A DNA stretch of 64,000 nt from Octopus bimaculoides (lineage: Eukaryota): positions 64,020,404 to 64,084,403 of the forward strand of contig NC_068983.1 in NCBI RefSeq assembly GCF_001194135.2. The letters run 5' to 3'. The translations under genes were made by a program, and so were the position numbers. The notes beneath the pieces were generated by a model, which saw nothing but the letters and a program-made list of their open reading frames with translations, ran no database searches and was not told the DNA's origin. Position 1 is the stretch's first letter; every line of letters starts with the position of its first letter. Shown in pieces: positions 23,568-38,429 of the stretch.

Positions 23568-24289
23568 TATTTCAACTTACAAAATAATAGAGGAAGGACA
23601 TATTCGAAGATATGTTGTTCAGGAATGGGCTGCCTTTTATTACAATTCTATTGGGATCAAGTCACAGCAATAACAATAAAAATAAATGCAGAGCTGAGAC
23701 GGCACATAATGTATTATATTTGTAGATAGACTATCCATCGTATCCAGTTCGTGGAATTGATACTGATCGACCTCCTGCAGGACCACGACCATACATAATA
23801 CGGGGCTAAACTACAAAGACCAGTAGAAGAGACGTATTTATAACGATGCAACTAAATAAATAAACCTTATCTACCCCTCTCGTTGTAAACATGACCACCA
23901 CAGCATCTAATATGTTTACTACATTGATAATATTTACTTGAGTATGTACAGCAATTGATCGAACTGATACTGCTCCTCCGGTTTTGGCTCCATGCAACTT
24001 AAAGGTTCCTGGGATCGTGAAACGAACCTAACTTGTCAGGCAAAGATAAACGAACGGAGTAAAGTGGAAGATTATTTTTGGAGATTGTACTGATATTGGT
24101 CAAGACAGGTCGCATGGTGTTAGTGATATTGATAACGATATGGTAGTGATATTACATGCATATACCAATCTATATTTCTCAAAATGCACACATGGAAATG
24201 ATGTTGGTGGTGTCTCTGTTTGTGGGGTGGACTGAGAATACTCAGCGACACCAGTACACCGGAGTACGATTATATTTACTTGCCGCATG

Positions 24290-24879
24290 AGTGAATTAGT
24301 GTGTGTATCTTCAGCCTTTGCGTGTGTATCTGGTCTATGTGTGTGTGTACGTGTACGCGCGCGCGAGTTAATGCTAGTGCGTGTGTTCGTGTATGATTGC
24401 GTGTAGGTATCTGGTGCGTATGGGTGCAAAATTGGTGCGTGTGTGTATCAGCTGTGTGTGATTGTATAGGTGTAAGTATGCGCGAGCGTTTGTATATGTC
24501 GTATGTGTATGTCTGCGCGTGTGTCTGGTATGCACGTATATGTCTATATGAAAACATCTGGTATTTGTGCATATGCTTATTTCTGTATTTGTTTGTTTGT
24601 TTGTGTGTGTGTTTGTGTGATTACGTCCCCGTAAGAATGGTTGTGTGTATGTTTAAATGTGGTGCAGCTGTATTTGGATGCCCCTAATATTCGTATGCAC
24701 GAGTATGTTTGGCACAAGGACGTGTACTCTAGTGAGCTCTGGTGTGTGAGTAAGTGTATGTATACTAATGTGCTGGTATGCTGTGCTAGCACGCAGTTGC
24801 ACCATCATGATTTAGAGACTAACCCGATTTGTTACTGGATTACGATTAGGTGGTGTTATCATAAGACAGGAAAGGATAT

Positions 24880-24935
<56 letters not shown>
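24290..24935. repeat. Cryptic (TG/TA)-rich low-complexity tract ending in (CA)n
   Basis: Degenerate GT-rich sequence giving C/V- and H/T-rich spurious ORFs. Confidence 0.85.
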
Positions 24936-25099
24936 TAAGACAAACATGAAAAATTACTGAAAATATGTAAGTCTGGAAGGTCTAAATACATGTCTGTTGT
25001 CTGTAGGCAGTGGGTCAGTACCATGCTCTTGCTTACGTGGAAAAGGCAAGCCTAAAGAGGTATAAATGTACTGTCAGCGACCAGTGACTTGAAGTACAC

Positions 25100-26030
25100 G
25101 TGGAGGCATACATCCGTTGGCAATAATAAAAAGTTAATTCTTCAAGTTGTTGGTTACAGCAACTTGGCTGAAAATATAAAGATTCTCGCGGAAGAAGAGT
25201 GAGCATTTGCGGGCTCCGGATGAATTAGGTGGGACCTTGTCAATACTGAATTTCATGTTCAAGTAGTCATTCCTGAGATCGCAAAGTCTCCATATAAAGT
25301 GGAACGGGGAGATAGAACTTACCCTATTCTTAAAATAAAGGGAGTGCAAATGCTATGTGCACCATTCAGTAACACCTTTGGCCATCATACCTGTGTACTG
25401 CTTTGTGATGCTATTGGAAATGCGTGAGGGTGGTCTAGGGCAGACGGTGGGGTTTCCTAAGTTACAAGATGGGATAGGAGGCTGCGTAAGTGTGTGTGCA
25501 TGAGCCTATTGCCTGAGTAGAGTAATTAACCTTAACATTGTGTTGTCTGAAAGTTTGATAGTAATTATACCCCACCCCATCTTAAGATGATGCATTTTGG
25601 TCAATGACAGGAAGCCCATGGCTGATCTGTTTGAAACTACTAGGTTAGGTGGAGGGTTGACTCGAAACATATTTCTCTTTATGGTTCTCTTTGTGTGTTG
25701 AGGTGGAAGGGAGGATGGGAAGTCCTCCATATATGTTAATTCTCAATGAGTACACTCCTCACCAATGCAACGTTGCAGATGGGGATTCCTTTGTTGAAGA
25801 TCTCTTTGTCTGCTGCAAGTTTAGAAATTCTCCTACTGATGCTTCTAATTACTGCGGCAGCTGGTGGCTAGTGTCTGTAGACTTACAGTTTTCCCGCTGG
25901 GCTTCCTGCAAGGGTAGCATTTGCCAATTTTCAGGTATAATGATACGTATATGAAGTGGGCTATTGACAAGTTTGTGGTAACAGTTCTGGATATGCTGAA
26001 TTCTTTGAAGACCACTATCCAATTGACACA
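25100..26030 (-). mobile_element. Penelope-like element, RT thumb to GIY-YIG remnant
   Basis: Minus-strand frames give VFKEFSISRTVTTNLSIAHFIYVSLYLKIGKCYPCRKP, then VIRSISRRISKLAADKEIFNKGIP, KRNMFRVNPP, and HFIWRLCDLRNDYLNMKFSIDKVPPNSSGARKCSLFFRENLYI. These are colinear with Penelope motifs (TNLKIVNFLDV..YxPYRKP; INxRISxLSSxKEIF; RNIIWFNPP; IWxLKD..I.WSI..CxLCLxEK). Confidence 0.8.
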
Positions 26031-26863
26031 GAACGCTTGATATCAGAACGCTCCAAGTTAAACGCGGTCTCGCGTGGCACGACAAGATGCTTTATACCAA
26101 AATGTTCATGAGGGCTGGGGTATAGAGCGTCGAGGTCTTCATCCTTCGTCGTCTTCTCCGCAGGACTGGGCATATAAGTCAGATGTTGGGTAAACAATAC
26201 GGTCCTCTTCATCGAGATTGAGACTCCAGGTAACCATCATGGAAATCCGAACGATTCGCCGTTTCTATGGTGTCCTTCCTAGTCGGTTGATAAGCAATGT
26301 GCAAGTGGTGGAGGTGGATGAATGTTCTGATTCGACCCTGTCATCACATTTGATGAGCCGTCATCGGAAGCTGCGATTTTTCGTCCGGGAAAACCCCCTT
26401 TAAAGACGTATAGTAATTAGTATGTTATACCCACTTGACGCTATCGCATAGAAGTATCTTTTCTATCATTTAGAGAATTCATTCTATGCTCCACACCAAT
26501 TCTATTACTACTTTTCGTTTCTATTTCTGCTGATATCACCATAAGCTGCTTAATGTTTCCTGGATAATATTGAACTTGAAGTGTGTGAAATATCTATCTC
26601 AAAGTGGATGCTGAAGTTCTTTAGCTATTAGATTTAAGCTTTCCACTCCCATGAAAATATATACTTTACTGTCGTCCAAGTCTCGAGTCTTAAAGAACTA
26701 TTTCGATCGACCTTGTCTGAAGTTTAATCACTCCTATCTGGTTTCGACACGACTGAAAGAATGTAACTTTTACTCTTTGTACTGCATCCCCGTGAGAACA
26801 GTTCCTTCAGATTATGTGTCAAACATTATAAATATCTTTGTAAGAGAATATACATATAAGTGG

Positions 26864-26895
<32 letters not shown>

Positions 26896-28228
26896 ATCAT
26901 GTTTCATTTTGTTTTTCTTGATTAATAAGAGATTAAACTCGTGTTCATCGGTTAGTCAGCTAGTGTTGGGTTTCTTTCATGGCCATTTATGTTTTTTAAA
27001 TGCCTGTGTGTCAAGTGGACAGAAGGAAGGATGTATCTTTAAATCAGAGACGTGGCTAGCATATAAGGAACAGAGTTAATGTCCATAAATGCTGTGATGG
27101 ACCAGATCGTAATGAGCTGAAACATTTGCGACAACGCCTCATGTATAAAGCTCTAGTTCTCCAAATCCCCCGTTCGGTCTTCAAAACAAATTCAATCATT
27201 CAGTCATGACTAAGCCATATTTGTAAATATATAGGACTTTTGAACTTCAATGGCCAATGTGGCATTCTTTTATGTCATAAGGTGCGGCAGTATGCTTTAA
27301 GGCAATGTTCTTGCTATTTGTAGTAGATCTAGCAACTCCGTAATATTTCTTCTTTCTTTTGTTGTTCACGTTGTTGTTACCGCACTTGAACCTCTGCAAA
27401 TAGCGCTTTTTAAATTCATTTTTAGCTGAGTAGGAAAGCTTCCACATATTGCTCTCTCACAGGAGTATCATTTCGATATCATACTAGACAACTTGTAGCC
27501 TCTGTTATTAGAGAGAAGCCCAGAATTCCATATTTATACTCAGCTCGATCTAAAGAGAATTGCTTACTCGTCATATTCTGTCAGCCTGAAAACTATCCAC
27601 TGATCCAAGTGTAGTGGCACATTATGTAACATCAACGTTATAAACCGAACACAAATGCATCACGTCATCAGAGACACAGATAATGGAGCTGCCATTTTCG
27701 TTGCGGATATTTCTGTTTCAGTTGTTACTGCTTTACACAGTCACATAATGCTTTTCTGCTGTTGTTGTCGTTAATATCACGATAGATGTACAGAAACCAT
27801 TACTGCTGGTGTTGCTATTGTTCACCATTTATGTTGACACACGATAGTGCTATCACAAAAATCCCCCCTTTTTTATTCTGTTAACAGCCGTTCCCTTTTC
27901 ATCAATTCAGATGTCAACGTTAAATGATAATATATTACTTGAAAGAAGAAGATAAGGTGAATGGTTTTGTTTCAATGATTGCAATGTTTGGAAACATCTT
28001 CGTTCCTTTCCTTATTTGTATTGGTTATANNNNNNNNNNNNNNNNNNNNNNNNNNNNNNNNNNNNNNNNNNNNNNNNNNNNNNNNNNNNNNNNNNNNNNN
28101 NNNNNNNNNNNNNNNNNNNNNNNNNNNNNNNNNNNNNNNNNNNNNNNNNNNNNNNNNNNNNNNNNNNNNNNNNNNNNNNNNNNNNNNNNNNNNNNNNNNN
28201 NNNNNNNNNNNNNNNNNNNNNNNNNNNN

Positions 28229-28283
<55 letters not shown>

Positions 28284-29251
28284 ACACAAATATATATATT
28301 ATATACATATATATATGCATATATACATACACATACATACATACATACATACATACATACATACATACATACATGCATAGTCATTCTAGATGGAATAGCG
28401 AGAAGTATCTGGTTTATCTTACTGCTTCGCTATGTAACGTAACTATTATATTTTATGTTAGTTTTCCAATCTTCAATGCGACATTACGGGGATTCCTATC
28501 TAACACTGTCCCTTTATTAGAATAAAACGATTCTTTGAATATTATATGTTAGGAAACAATCCCCAAAATTTCTATAGAAAAGATAAAATAATTACAAAAG
28601 AAATATTAGAAACATTGTCAAAAACCCAATTTTGAATAAGAATATGTTTCCAAATGTAATAGTTAGTTAGAAGACTAAGGGGAAAGCAAAGAAATTGAAA
28701 ATTTATCTCTCTCAAACATTACAGTGTTTGTTCTGACACTTGCTCTGAACAATTGCACAAAGTGGAGAAGATTTGGGATTGATAATATCCAAAATCGTTG
28801 GTGCTTATTGTTTATCATATTGCACTGTGAATTATTGACAGCCTTTAAAATCCTGTTGAATGACCTGCAAGATGTTGTTGCCTCCGCTAACAATGTTGTA
28901 TGTTCTGGTTTCTGCTTAATTTTTACTAATCGTGTTGTTTGCTGGTTTATTTCTTTCACGACTTACTTTTTTATTCTCGTATGTGATTGGGTTCCCCAAA
29001 TATCTTGATTTAATCCCTTTCTTCCTCGACTTTGCCAACTTCTATATTTTGGAAAATTTATAATTCTTGCTACGGTTACGTTTCTTTTAACAGTTGTTGA
29101 TGTGTTTGAGGTAGACATTAGGGAACACTCAAGCACTTTTTCCTTATTGTAATGAAAAAAGTCTTAATGTCGTCTGTTCTCTTACAGAAGAAGCATTTGG
29201 CTCTGCTAAAGACCACCATCTTAATTTCGTAGCACACTACATAAATATCTC

Positions 29252-29443
29252 CATAAATTTTCTAGGAGGGGTAAAATCGATTATATCGGCCACAGTGTTC
29301 AAATAATACTTATTTTATTGATGCAGAAAACATGAAGGGCAAAGTCGACCTCGGCGGTATTTAAACTCAGAACGTAAAGACGAACGAAATGTCGCTAGGA
29401 ATTTTGACCGACGGGCCATTTACTCCTCCAGCTTGCCGCCTTA
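29252..29443 (-). mobile_element. SINE family 2 copy
   Basis: GGGCAAAGTCGACCTCGGCGGTATTTAAACTCAGAACGTAAAGACGAACGAAATGTCGCTAGG...CAGCTTGCCGCC. Confidence 0.85.
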
Positions 29444-29980
29444 TAGTTGTTGATAATATTGTTAGACTTTTCTTGTCGCTCCTTGAATTGCAACTTTAAT
29501 AATAGTTTTATGTATTTCTATCTGGTAATATTCATGCATAAAATGAAAGAATTGCAAGTGCATTAAAATATAGAAAGATAACATATTGATCTACGAACAG
29601 CATTAGATGCAATAAGAAAGGTTGATAAAAGATATATTGCAATATTTTAAAACAAAAGAAATCTAATGATTTGCAATCATTACACAAAATGAATATCGAA
29701 CACTGGATGATTAAAAAGGATAGACTTTAAAAAGATTACAGTCACTCCTCGTACGACACATTTTAGACTACGCTACATCTCACCTCCCCACAAATCTGAT
29801 CAACTCACTCAAGCGTCTCCGTTTCAGATATTTATTCCAGATATGTGTTCATCCAGTAAGTTTTGTAAACAAATTCGGGCCAACATAGATATACAGAGGA
29901 ACTCTTTCGAGCGTTTCAAATAAGCAGAACGCCCACATTATGTCTAGGCTGAACTAAGTTTGGCACGAAAGTCCCATTCT

Positions 29981-30100
29981 TTTTAGTTTAGCCCAGTATT
30001 TGCCATGAAGTGGGTTTTCTTGCCATCGTTTTATCATGGTCCGTTGCTGTTCGAGTTTTAGTTTGGATTTTATTTATTTTATAGCTTTTGTTGTTGTTCC
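29981..30100 (-). mobile_element. Short internal fragment of the RLE LINE family found at 50.1-51.5k
   Basis: The minus frame reads GTTTKAIK*IKSKLKLEQQRTMIKRWQENPLHGKYWAKL, near-identical to 50860-50962. Confidence 0.9.
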
Positions 30101-30142
30101 TTCATCTTGCTGTTGTTGCTGTTGTTGTTGTTGTTGTTGTTG

Positions 30143-30200
<58 letters not shown>

Positions 30201-30204
30201 CATT

Positions 30205-32756
30205 ATACACAGAACAGGTTAGACTGTTGGAAAAGAAAAATTCCTAACATCAGGCTGGAAAAAGTAACCTTAGATTTCAAGAACTCTCCTAAATATCCTA
30301 GTTGTCACTAATAACACTGTTTTCTGGAGCTGTACTAAACTTGGTTTTATGCCTATCCATCTGGGATACTTCATAATGCACCTATAGCTACTGGGGTACA
30401 TTTTTGCCTGTACTTTCCATAGTCTCTGTAATTCAATGACTAAGTTCTAGTACTGTACTATATTTTCTATACCGCTCATATTTATTTATCATCATTTGCA
30501 ACTAAAAAGTCAGTTATCTGGCATTTTCTGTTGTCTTTATCCACTTTGACTAAATCAGGCCTTCTAGCTTATGTTACACTGTCAGTCTGAATGTTAAAGT
30601 CGCACAACATCTTATATTGCTTACTTTCTAGTAATTTACTAGGTTCATATTCCTACCATTTATCAATAAGTCAAATTCTAGCTTTCTACATAACTTCCAG
30701 TGGATTACTCTTCCTAGGTTCTCATGTAGCTTCTTGTATTCTTTCTGCGATAGCATGCTACTTTCACTTACTATATGAGTAACATAACCTTCATTTGGGA
30801 ATCTACTTTATTTTTCGTCTATGTCGGCATTTATGAAATTAGTTCTTAATACTTGATCTTCGGCTGCAGCCAACAAACGTTGGATCTCAATTTTCAGCCC
30901 TCCTTTCTGCAACTATAGACATGTCTCACTACAACTACTTGATGCAACTATCTTGGAGAATCTACCACAAAAAGCCTACTCCTGCTAGTCAGATAACGTT
31001 TGTACATTTTTCTGGTTCTTAACTTCGTTTCTGTTTCTGGTTTCCATATATCTTGTTGTGACTCTAGTAGCTCTTAATAAGCTTTTCTGACTATTACCTA
31101 CATATGAGTCTGTATCTACTCTAGCCAACTCCACGCAGTCTTCTACTGATGTTAACCCTCTTCCACCTCCGGTTTTAGGTAAGTATAATCTTGCTACTCT
31201 TGCTCCTGGGTGGAGTCCTCCATTCATATTGAATTATTTTCTAGTACATCTGTCCAGCTTTGCTAATTCAGTTCTTGTCCGATCCACAAAAGATGTTGTG
31301 TATCTATGTAGTGATACTGCCCAAGTATTTACAGCGTTCACTAGATTCGGACAAGTTAGCCTTGACTTCATTAGCTTCCTCAACCTTCTGATGTACTCCT
31401 CCTCAATTATATTTTTCATTTCTATAGATAGCATTCTGTCAGATTCTAATACTCCTTGATATTTATAACTCTTTCCTTCTTTCAAAGATCCAACGTCTGA
31501 CCATCTGGAAATTGAATGACTTCATTGTTGACTACCTGCCCCCTTCTCATGACTAATATTGCACACTTATCTATGCCAAATTCCAAGCCTATATATTTAC
31601 TGAAGCTTCACACCCTTTAATAAGGAATCTATCTCTTTTTCATTCATACTGAAAAGCTTCAGATCATCTATGTAGAGGAAATGGTTAATTTTCCCCTGTA
31701 CTATTTCTGAATTGATACACTCCCTTTGCCTTCCTTATTACTAAATTGAGGGACATCAAACATAAGACAAATGTTAAAGAGAACAACGAGTCTTCTTGGA
31801 AAATTCTTCTTTTGATAATAACTTACCCTAAGTGTGTGTCACCTGAGTTGAAATCTACTTTCCATTTCTTCGCGCTAAAGCTAATTAATTCTCTTATGTT
31901 GTCTGCTAAACTGAATATACTTTAAAAATCACTTATCCATTAGTGTGAGATGATGTCATAGACATTCATATAAACTATCTAGGCTATTGTTAGATTTTTC
32001 TTTCTAGCTGTTATTTCATTTAGAATTACCGCGTTTATGTATAATAGATTATGCGTTCCTCTAGGCTTCTTCCTGCGACCTTTCTGTTCTTCTAACAGTA
32101 AATTCTGGTTGTCAAGGTGATCGTAACTGCTTTCTGAAAGGATTCCTCTTAACAGCTTCCACACTAATGGTAAGCAAGTGATTGGTCTATAATTGCTAGC
32201 TGTATTATCCTTGCTCTTATCTTTCATAATGAGTAATGTCCTCCTTCTGGTCATCCAGTCTGGTATTATTCCTCCGGTTAAGGCAATTCGGAAGTTATTT
32301 CCTCAGCCTCTAACGTAAATTTGTTTAGCCAGTACTCGTGAACTAAATCTGGTCCCGGGCCCTTCCAATTCAGCATTTTTCCTAACAATTTACTCATTAA
32401 TACAATAAGTTAGCCTTAGATGTGGCTGCTTCTCACTCACTACTTCTTCCCTCACATTCTTTAACCATACTGCATCTCTATTATGATTGGCTTGCTTATC
32501 CCAAATATTACTCCCGAGGTTTTTAGCTTCCTCTGCATTAGGTTTACCATCTTCAGTACTTCGTTCTCCACTATTTGTTTGGTTATAAAATCTCCTCTTG
32601 TCTGTCTCAAATAACCTATCCTGTTAATACTGATCTTTTCTTTTCTGATATTTGGAGAGCTTGCCTGCTACTGCTATGGCACGCTCTTTCAACTCTTCTA
32701 TCAGCGTCTGACATCCTTTCTCTTTGACTAGATTTGCATCTTGTGTCTCCTAACTA

Positions 32757-32757
<1 letters not shown>
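30205..32757 (-). mobile_element. R4/Dong-like RLE non-LTR retrotransposon, 5'-truncated and decayed, flanked on both sides by (TAA)n
   Basis: RT motifs NYRPITCLPLVWKLL, RRIFQEDSL and FLYIDDLKLF are present, plus YKYQGV...NAVNTWAVS, LYLPKTGGGRGL, and C-terminal LHWKLC / RRPDLV. (TTA)n lies at ~30147-30203 and 32758-32797 on the + strand. Confidence 0.92.
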
Positions 32758-32799
<42 letters not shown>

Positions 32800-32849
32800 G
32801 CAGCAGCAACAGCAGCAGCAGTAGTAGAAGTAGTAACAGCAGCAGCAGC

Positions 32850-32887
<38 letters not shown>

Positions 32888-32945
32888 CACCAGTAGAAAT
32901 AGTAGTAGTAGTAGTAGTAGTAGCAGTAGCAGTAGTAGTAGTAGC

Positions 32946-32985
<40 letters not shown>

Positions 32986-32992
32986 TTAGTAT

Positions 32993-33027
<35 letters not shown>

Positions 33028-33085
33028 TTCATCATCGTTGTTGTTGTCGTCGTCGTCGCTGTCGTCGTCGTAGTAATAGTCATAT
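32758..33085. repeat. Compound microsatellite (TTA)n-(GCA)n-(GTA)n-(GTT/GTC)n, ~330 bp
   Basis: Directly visible; it generates the poly-T/N ORF 32754-33137. Confidence 0.97.
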
Positions 33086-36000
33086 TAGTAGTAAACATCA
33101 GCAAGAATAGAGTCAAATTTTGATATAAGTCCAGCAATTTTAGGAAGTGTAGAAATCGATTATATCAACCCGTATAACTGACAGTTTTCATCATTTTTTC
33201 TGATCCCGGAAGCTGAAACATGACTTGGGCAGTAGTGGTACTGAGCTGATAAGCGATCGAAATAAATGCCACTAAGCACTCTGTTTGACACGCCAATGAT
33301 CATACCAGATCTCACAAGTGCTACTAACTATCATGAGCGCTTGATAATTTTTTGTCGTGATTACAGTGAAGACACTATATCAGAATAGGTTTTCACAAAT
33401 GAGCACAAGCTAACATTAAAACAGATAATTATATTCAAATCCCAAAGGCAGTGAATTACTAAAGACATACCCACAGAGATGTTTAGGAGTGGATGAAATT
33501 GCTAGGAGACGATAATTATGAATGTCTTGTGATAACTAGAAAAAAATAAGTGCTTCAGTAGACTGTGGCTAATAAAAGAAATTGAAATTGTTGCTAGAAA
33601 TAAGTGAATAGTTATAAACACACTAGTTATCCATGTTATACACTATAATTCAACGTAATAAAATAGACGTTTGTGTACAAATCAATTTCTAAGTACGAAG
33701 GATGAAACAGGAGTGGTTTCTCGTGCTCGATAAACAGAGCAATCATACCGCACCGCTTACTGTACTTCATTATTTGCTAATGATAATTCCAAATAAAGCT
33801 CAATTTCTGTGAACGCACTATACGTTAGTAATTTAACAGATATGTTATCTTTGATGTATTTAAATAATATAAAGTACGCGAATCGTACGCTAAACCGCAA
33901 CGGATGTTTAATTGTCAGATAGTTATTTATAAAATATATACCGTATGTTCATGACGGCACAATATTTAATTCACAGAAACCTTAGTATTTTATGCATTAT
34001 GGGTGACACGGAAAAGAATTTCAACAATACCAATTTATTGATATGCGAGACCTCCATGCCTCGCATGAAAAGCAGAGAAAGATAGCACAAACGTTAAATT
34101 GCAGAAGGTAATAGCAATTTCATGATAAATAACATCGGTATATTGAATATGCACACTGACATAATTTTTGCACTCTCTTACTGCACTTTAAATGAACGTT
34201 GATTGGAAGTTATTTTATTGGCAATCAAAACCTTAGATACGATAATGCAATTTCGCAACCTTAACTTCTGAATATTTCAGGAAATATAATTCGAAGTGTA
34301 ATATTATTTAAAAACCATATTTTAATTTATGTTAATGACATATTTGACTGGAAACTGAACTCTTTCTAAAGCTTTCAGAAAATACTGTTCATCATCTGGT
34401 ATATAAAACGAGTATACGTATCTGAAACGTAAGAAATTTCCATTTCTTTATAATTATCACTGCCTCCATCCCCGCTTCACTGCCTCTTTCAGCAGCAGCT
34501 TGTCTTCATTTTTGCCATTTGAAATTCCACATTTTATACAGGTTTTTACGGGACTTTCTACTAGAAAACTACACCATTAATTCCACAAAATCCCGCTACA
34601 CATATAGTGGTAAAGCGCATTCAAACCATCTTTGGTGAATGGATTTTCTCTATCAGTCATCCATTTGTTTCACTGAAATGCTACATTGACTCTAATAGTA
34701 TTATTTTTGTTTACATGACAAGACTGAAGAAAAGACGCTAATATTTCGTGAATTACTTTAGTTATTGCATATTTTGTTCTAGGTTCTTTTTCATATTATT
34801 TGTTAAGTGAGTTGCGAAAAATTCTCCTGCTCAGGAAAGATTTTCATTATCTGAACAACGGGGGTGTCTCTTCTACTCATGAAAGGGATGTAACAAATAC
34901 ATTAGTGCCCTCTAAATTGCTTTAGTTTTAATATAATTATAGTATACTATACTACTTGATCGATTATTTGCGTATAAATGTTTAATATGTCCTGTTTTTT
35001 TTTGGCGCAAAATATGCTAGCCATGTTAATGTACGTCATGAGACAAAAAAGCTTTCCCGTTTAGTTGTTTCAGATCTCACTGTGCACTATTTAAGTAACG
35101 ATTACTTTTCTTTTTTTATCGGTTAGTAGATATAAGCACATAGCAGCAAACAATTTGTTCGTTGCAAGCATAAACAAAGCCAGCGGCTTACTGAAGACTC
35201 AAAATACTTGGTGCTTTTGGTGGAAGAGGCAAAAAAAGTCGAAACTTCTACTGTCTCAGATTTCCGTGCGCCAATTCGCTGAGTGTGTTGAACACACTGT
35301 CGTCGAAAAAGGGTGACCTAATTTTTTTCCTATGACGTACACTAGAACGACCAAACTATATTGCATTCTCGGGTCGTACTGAGAATAACGTCACAAATAA
35401 TCCTTTCAAACCTCGTTCTGCACGGTGCAAATAGCGACTTTTAATACTTCATGATATCATACATTAAGTAAGACATGCACATATCCTTAAAAACGAAAAA
35501 AAAATATTGTTAACAGTTTTCCAACTAAGCATAAGAAAACAAATCTCACATTGTGGAAACTCGTATTACTTTCTCACTCTAGTGGTATTTCTCTGGAAGG
35601 TTGTAATTTTTCTTGAAAGGTTGTCGCGAATATTTGTTTTTGAAATGTATGTCTACTCTATTTCCGTTTCATTTTGGGAGAACAACTTACTCTTGATAGG
35701 AATCTTTGTTTATTGGGGCATGTTTTGCCCACGTACATGCTTAAGTAAACTGGTTTAGATAACCATTTTATTATTATTCATTGATCCTAAGTTCCTAAAG
35801 TTTTTTTTTAATTAGGAAACGTTGACAGAAATCAGGCTTTGCAGTCCGTATATCTATTTATATAAACAAGCATACATAAAATTCACAAGCACGTATATAT
35901 GCACATATATACATACAGATAACACAAACATATGCACAAATTTTGAATGAATGTTTGCTTTTATTTTAAATAACTATTTGAATGTGCATTTACATGTGAT

Positions 36001-37039
36001 GTAAAATAAAAAGAAAATATGCACACATATATGCATACATTAGTACTCACACACACACGCGCGCACTCATATATGTTTATATATTTCTTTTACTAAATAT
36101 ATATAAATGAAAACATAAAAAGTTGTTTGTTTTGCAGTGATAAAAAAGAAACTTCCCCAAATTGCGCATTTGTATGTATATAGACTCTCATATAAGCGCG
36201 CAAACGCACACTCACTCACATACACACACACACGCATACACACGCACATACATACACACAAGAACAGGCACATGAATACACATGCACATATGAATGTGTG
36301 TATTAATATATGTATGTATGTAAGTATGTATGTATGTATATATATATATATATATATNNNNNNNNNNNNNNNNNNNNNNNNNNNNNNNNNNNNNNNNNNN
36401 NNNNNNNNNNNNNNNNNNNNNNNNNNNNNNNNNNNNNNNNNNNNNNNNNNNNNNNNNNNNNNNNNNNNNNNNNNNNNNNNNNNNNNNNNNNNNNNNNNNN
36501 NNNNNNNNNNNNNNNNNNNNNNNNNNNNNNNNNNNNNNNNNNNNNNNNNNNNNNNNNNNNNNNNNNNNNNNNNNNNNNNNNNNNNNNNNNNNNNNNNNNN
36601 NNNNNNNNNNNNNNNNNNNNNNNNNNNNNNNNNNNNNNNNNNNNNNNNNNNNNNNNNNNNNNNNNNNNNNNNNNNNNNNNNNNNNNNNNNNNNNNNNNNN
36701 NNNNNNNNNNNNNNNNNNNNNNNNNNNNNNNNNNNNNNNNNNNNNNNNNNNNNNNNNNNNNNNNNNNNNNNNNNNNNNNNNNNNNNNNNNNNNNNNNNNN
36801 NNNNNNNNNNNNNNNNNNNNNNNNNNNNNNNNNNNNNNNNNNNNNNNNNNNNNNNNNNNNNNNNNNNNNNNNNNNNNNNNNNNNNNNNNNNNNNNNNNNN
36901 NNNNNNNNNNNNNNNNNNNNNNNNNNNNNNNNNNNNNNNNNNNNNNNNNNNNNNNNNNNNNNNNNNNNNNNNNNNNNNNNNNNNNNNNNNNNNNNNNNNN
37001 NNNNNNNNNNNNNNNNNNNNNNNATATACCTTTCACATT

Positions 37040-37395
37040 TTGTCTTCTACGTTTCAGTCATTTAAATCTGGCCATGCCGGGGCACCATCCCCAGAGGATT
37101 TTAGTCGAAAAAAAAAAAACCTACCTGAGACTTATTTTTATTATTCTTTTAATTTTTAATTTTTTTTTAAGGCATGTACTTATTCTATCCAATACTTTTG
37201 CCGGACTGCTAATTTGCGGGAAAGTAAACGCCAACACCGATTGACAAGCGGTGGTGCGAGGCACACAGGCACAATGACATGCACATAGATATATACATGT
37301 AAAACCTTTCAAGAAAAATTACAGTTTCCGTCTACCAGATCCACTGACAGAGCTTTGTTTAGCCTGAGGTTATAGTAGAAAACATTTTCCCTAAT
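37040..37395 (-). mobile_element. SINE family 1 copy (diverged)
   Basis: GTTTCAGTCATTT...GGCCATGC...TTTAGTCGA...GTACTTATTCTATC...ACAAGCGGTGG...CAGTTTCCGTCTACCAGATCCACT is the reverse complement of 47152-47585. Confidence 0.8.
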
Positions 37396-38363
37396 CAGGA
37401 AGCATGTGCTTGAGAAGCAAATTACTATTCAAAGAGAGAAAGAACCCCAATTTTTGTGGACAGATGACACAAATCGGAATCGTCATGGATATTACAACGT
37501 AGTCTCCCGTAGCAAAACTTGTAGCGCATTAGTACATATATCAATAAAAAAAAATAAAACTTAGAAAAACTTAGAAAAACTTAAGAAAAACCTACTTGTG
37601 AATAACACAGTTCGCAGAAATGTGTACAAATAGTAAAAAATTCCTATGGTATCGCACTTTGACCTTTCATTTATACCAATGGCAAAACCTGCTTTCTCAT
37701 TCAGAACAGAGTGCAGATTTACTTCGAACAGTTAGTGCAAGTATAGCCATTACTACTGAGTCAATTCAGCCTTTATCGTTGAATGTAAATATTTTATTTA
37801 ATTAGCTTCCGGAACGCCAGAGAAATATCAACACATTCACGTTATCCTTCTGCGTATCAACGAACAAATTACTTCAGCGAGTATGATATGTAATAATCTT
37901 ACCCGTCTGTGACAGCCTCCAAAGGTCATCTACAATACCTCTCTTTCATCGAATTTTAATAATATACGTAATATCGGATACTCTTTTGATAAGGGGATCT
38001 CTGCACTCAACTACGCTAATTACAAAAGAGAAAAAACAAATCTCGTTACAGAAAATGTAAAAAAAAATGGTATCATAGTTGCAATGAAATATTAGAAATA
38101 AACAATCCATATACTGTGTATATGTATGTGTGTAGACATAAATATATAACTGAATATGTGTTTATATATATATATATATATATATATATNNNNNNNNNNN
38201 NNNNNNNNNNNNNNNNNNNNNNNNNNNNNNNNNNNNNNNNNNNNNNNNNNNNNNNNNNNNNNNNNNNNNNNNNNNNNNNNNNNNNNNNNNNNNNNNNNNN
38301 NNNNNNNNNNNNNNNNNNNNNNNNNNNNNNNNNNNNNNNNNNNNNNNNNNNNNNNNNNNNTAT

Positions 38364-38409
<46 letters not shown>

Positions 38410-38429
38410 TCGCAGGTGTGGCTATATTA

